Assembly (NCBI GenBank): GCA_965644495.1
Contig: CBFFSA010000007.1
Span: forward strand, 372,001-436,000
Direction: 5' to 3'
Origin: Perkinsela sp. CCAP 1560/9
Lineage: Eukaryota > Protista > Euglenozoa: Kinetoplastea
DNA: 64,000 bases
This document shows, piece by piece, positions 60,689-64,000 of this stretch (positions within the stretch are counted from its first letter, which is position 1; the number at the start of each line of letters is the position of its first letter). The notes below the pieces were generated by a model. It was not told the DNA's origin. It saw nothing but the letters and a program-made list of their open reading frames with translations, and did not search any database. The position numbers and the translations under genes were made by a program.

Positions 60689-60913
60689 ATATATAAATTC
60701 TATATAAATTCTTAGTTACAACTAGTTGTGGGGGGAGTAATTTAGTGAGTTTGCATTAAAGTTAGCAGTTTATTCACTTTCATGCACTTTTTAGCATTCA
60801 CCTGCATAGTTTTTGTCTACATGTACATGGAAATTTGTGCGGTAACCACGCAGATATTGTAATCCGTGAATTCAAAATTTAAACTAAGCTACGCCGAATG
60901 AAGAGTAAATTCC

Positions 60914-61990
60914 ATGGAGGTACGAATAGATGAAACACTACCTGTTTCCTTTTTTGAGATTTTAAAAGCTGCGTTTCGTTCCGCTCCTGAAAGTTCTCAA
61001 CCTCCGGTCGACTGCGCCTTCACGACCGAACATTCAGAAAATAAGTCTTCGAAGCATCAAAACAGAAAGAAGTGCACCGAAGAGGTCATCGTTTCCCGTT
61101 GTTTTCTTCCAGTAACTCATTCAATCTGTTGGCCATTGGATACTGGAGTCACGGCGTATATCATTGACGAGTCTCTCTTATTTAGTTCAAAATCGGGGAC
61201 GAAATTGACCGCGAGCCGCACATTTGATCCTGCAGGATTTTTTAAAGCATCCTTCGACCCTCTCTATCCTTTTCGATACTGTATTCTTGTACGGAGCTCG
61301 TCACGTCCACCGTCTTCTGCACTTTTAGGTACATGCTTCAACACGGAATCCGTAAATGTGGGAAAGTCCACTAAAATAAAGCCATCTTTCATTTACACCG
61401 AAGTGCTTTCTTCCTTGTTAGAAAATGTTTTATCTATACACGAGAGTTCTCAGGACGATATGAATCATCGAGCACAGTTTGCAGCATCTCCCTTTTGTTT
61501 GCTATGTGCTTCGAACGAGGCTAGCGTAGTCAATCACATTGTTTCAATAACGCATTATCTGCAACGTCTTAAGACAAAGCCACACACTTCATATTATGGA
61601 AAACGACGCAAACAACGAAAGACAGCACAAGTAGAGGTAGACGATATCGTTCCGGGAAACGCGGATTCACTGATTGACACCAACGCAGAAGTTACAGAAA
61701 GCGTATTCATTCCTCAAATTCATCCCACGGGAAGGATTCGCACGAGTGACTGTGAAGTATACCATCGAATGTTATGCGAAATTCCGCAAATAAACGAAAA
61801 GCGCGCCCAAGCGATTCGGCGAGTCTATCCTTCTTTAGTAAGTCTTCTAAATGCGTACGAATATTGCGTTACGGAAACAGGACGTCGAACGATGTTGCAG
61901 AATCTGTTGCAGTCACACGATGGATCCGTCCTGGGTGGTTCTATATCAGAAGAGGTCTACCGCGCTATGTGCCTAGGGTATAAAAATTAA
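60914..61990 (+). CDS. EME1/Mms4-like subunit of the Mus81 endonuclease
   Basis: C-terminal HhH region YHRMLCEIPQINEKRAQAIRRVYPSLVSLLNAY..LG..ISEEVY. Confidence 0.7.
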   Translation: MEVRIDETLPVSFFEILKAAFRSAPESSQPPVDCAFTTEHSENKSSKHQNRKKCTEEVIVSRCFLPVTHSICWPLDTGVTAYIIDESLLFSSKSGTKLTASRTFDPAGFFKASFDPLYPFRYCILVRSSSRPPSSALLGTCFNTESVNVGKSTKIKPSFIYTEVLSSLLENVLSIHESSQDDMNHRAQFAASPFCLLCASNEASVVNHIVSITHYLQRLKTKPHTSYYGKRRKQRKTAQVEVDDIVPGNADSLIDTNAEVTESVFIPQIHPTGRIRTSDCEVYHRMLCEIPQINEKRAQAIRRVYPSLVSLLNAYEYCVTETGRRTMLQNLLQSHDGSVLGGSISEEVYRAMCLGYKN

Positions 61991-62277
61991 AATGGTATCA
62001 TCCATGGAGGAAAATAGACAGCAACATGTTTAATTAATTGCATGTTATTAATTCCGTTGCTTGTTTATCAAAAGCATGTTACCAATTGTTAATTATTATT
62101 AAATGCAGCTTAATTACTATTCCACTAATCATATGCCGCAATATTTCACTACAGTAATTGCGGGGCGGGCGATAATCTCAAGGCATCTTGTAAATTTTAT
62201 TCAAAAGGGTCCATCTATTTCTACATCTGTTCTGTGGTTTCCTTGACACCGGCACTCTTATTTAGGAAGTACCTCAT

Positions 62278-63066
62278 ATGTGTAAGTCGAATATGGAGAT
62301 TGACTTTCTTAGGCGAAAACCGACAATCATACGAAATCTTTCAGAAGATTTTGAACACGCAGCCTTCGTTTCCATTATCTGTCGAGGAGAGCGGAACAAA
62401 TCCGAAGTGCACGTCAAACACGATTGCTCTCCTAAAGGAAGCGTTGACAATCGGTGCTGGCCAATTCTCAGAGTCTTAAACCTCACTCCATGTAAAAATT
62501 GTCCAATGGGTGATTACGTTACTACGAGTAGTTGTAGCGGGCGAATCGCTCTGTGGCGCGGTGTAGAAAAAGGTAAGGGCACATGGTTATTTACATCTCA
62601 TGACTCGGTACCTTTGGATAAAATAAGTCCTACGATTGCCAACGTCGACTCCAGAGATGAACATAACCTGGACAATGAACAGGTCTCCCCACCTGTAGGC
62701 TCACTTTGGAATATTCTGCAGGAAGGAACACAACAGGATCGTACCACGAACGTAGCGTGGACTTTTTTGAAGTTTGAGCCCTTTGTGGCGCACGTTCAAT
62801 GTCGCACAATAGAAGCAGGGAAACTACTTCTCAGCAGTGCTTTGCAATGTGGATACAGACACAGTGGGCTACTTCTAGGGAAAAAACGTATTATTTGCAC
62901 TATTCGTCAATCTACATCGATCGATACCCCGCTGGCTAAAGGACACAATATTTTCATCTCAAAAATTGGGTTAATCAATATTGTTGAAATGCTTAACTTC
63001 AGGCTAGAGGACAATCACAGGCGTGTGGAATCCCTTCTTGATGAGTTAAAATGTATGATGGCGTGA
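62278..63066 (+). CDS. TYW3: tRNA wybutosine-synthesizing methyltransferase TYW3
   Basis: D.SPKGSVD, YVTTSSCSGRI, WLFTSH, FEPFVAHVQCR and GYRHSG. Confidence 0.92.
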   Translation: MCKSNMEIDFLRRKPTIIRNLSEDFEHAAFVSIICRGERNKSEVHVKHDCSPKGSVDNRCWPILRVLNLTPCKNCPMGDYVTTSSCSGRIALWRGVEKGKGTWLFTSHDSVPLDKISPTIANVDSRDEHNLDNEQVSPPVGSLWNILQEGTQQDRTTNVAWTFLKFEPFVAHVQCRTIEAGKLLLSSALQCGYRHSGLLLGKKRIICTIRQSTSIDTPLAKGHNIFISKIGLINIVEMLNFRLEDNHRRVESLLDELKCMMA

Positions 63067-63097
63067 GACCAAAAAATAGTTTTGTCTATCTATAAAT

Positions 63098-63285
63098 TTA
63101 TCCCGGTTGTTGTACTGTACCTTATTTATCCCGGTTATACTGTACCCGCACTAGTTATCTATCGCACGGCAACCCCCCTGTTATCTGTCACTTTTTGGCC
63201 CTTTATTTTTGGTCGGTGACTCCCCCCCCCCTAGTTACTATCCCCCTATCCTAGCTCTGCCCCGGCACCCCCCTTATTAGTGTTG
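63098..63285. repeat. Possible transposon-end relic with short direct repeats and C-runs
   Basis: tttatcccggtt..tactgtacc occurs twice; repeated gttatct/ctagtta motifs sit next to C-runs. No partner end identified. Confidence 0.35.
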
Positions 63286-64000
63286 CTTTTGAAGAGAATG
63301 CATCCTGCCGCGAAGTGGATTTTTTTTTGTGGTATCATGTTCATGCAAAAATAAGAAAATACCATCCTCGAAATAATTGTGCACTACAACTACTAGACTC
63401 TACGCTATGTCTGAAGATGCACCTGAGCATCGTGGACGGATGAGCAAATACATCGTTCGCAAACCCCCTTTGCGGAGAGGGTATCCCTTTGCGGGATAGT
63501 ATTCGTCACACGTCAGGGTCTACGGGCTCGGTGCGGGTTCGGCGCAGGTTGAGACAAAAATCCTCTGAAAGCAGGCGAAATTAGTAGGAAATACAGACAA
63601 TGAAGGAGTAAAATAACTAGATGGGAAGGAGAAAAAAACTAAGTGATAGCTAAGTGAAATTTATTTCACTATCGAAGTCATATTGGGGTTCTAATACAAG
63701 CAAACCCTACATAGCAACAAATTCAATGTGAACAACATCCTGTACTCATGCAATATCGTGGTCTGTTCCATAAAAAGAGCGAAATTCATCGAAATTGGAA
63801 AAATAGCGCTCACTTTTGGAGCGAATCCAAGAATGCTTCGGTTGAACCGATATTAGTGTTCATCAAGACAACCTTTGTGTGGTGCCTTGAATTGAACAAG
63901 ACTGGTTGCGCACCACCTGCTGCTTCTTAGAACAGAACTCTGCAACGTGCTTGTAAATGGGGATCCGGTTTAGTCCCCCCGGTACGGTACGAGGTCACAG

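Noticed and set aside
8242-63066. Many RNA-processing genes together (PUS10, CPSF160, PRP17, RRP44, PUF, PAP, eRF3, TYW3)
   Set aside because: Kinetoplastid gene clusters are not functional operons; this is expected from housekeeping enrichment in a reduced genome.

Overview
Eukaryotic nuclear DNA with about 35 intronless protein genes, all on the + strand. Many starts are preceded by U/pyrimidine-rich tracts ending in AG. This is the layout of a kinetoplastid directional (polycistronic, SL trans-spliced) gene cluster. The compact spacing, very divergent housekeeping proteins and 23-aa-period LRR protein suggest a Perkinsela-like organism (inference only). Recognisable genes: HSP20, PUS10, mitochondrial MDH, C2H2 zinc-finger protein, CPSF160, CDC40/PRP17, mL54-like, NFU1, CHCH protein, RRP44/DIS3, FtsH/m-AAA protease, Puf6-like, SET-like, acyltransferase, poly(A) polymerase, CLPTM1, two cyclophilins, MAM33-family, eRF3, CMK-like kinase, USE1-like SNARE, EME1-like and TYW3. 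The most notable accessory features are: (1) a 568-bp non-coding, TSD-less, hairpin-packed element with Helitron2/HINE-type asymmetric ends that splits an LRR gene precisely; (2) recurrent GC-rich islands about every 8-14 kb where the + strand flips from C-rich to G-rich, even inside coding sequence; (3) a decayed Tc1-family transposon and three TA-flanked MITE families, a class of element not typical of trypanosomatids; (4) a possible +1 frameshift at TTT-TGA joining two large ORFs. All calls are from visual motif inspection; no searches or folding programs were run.
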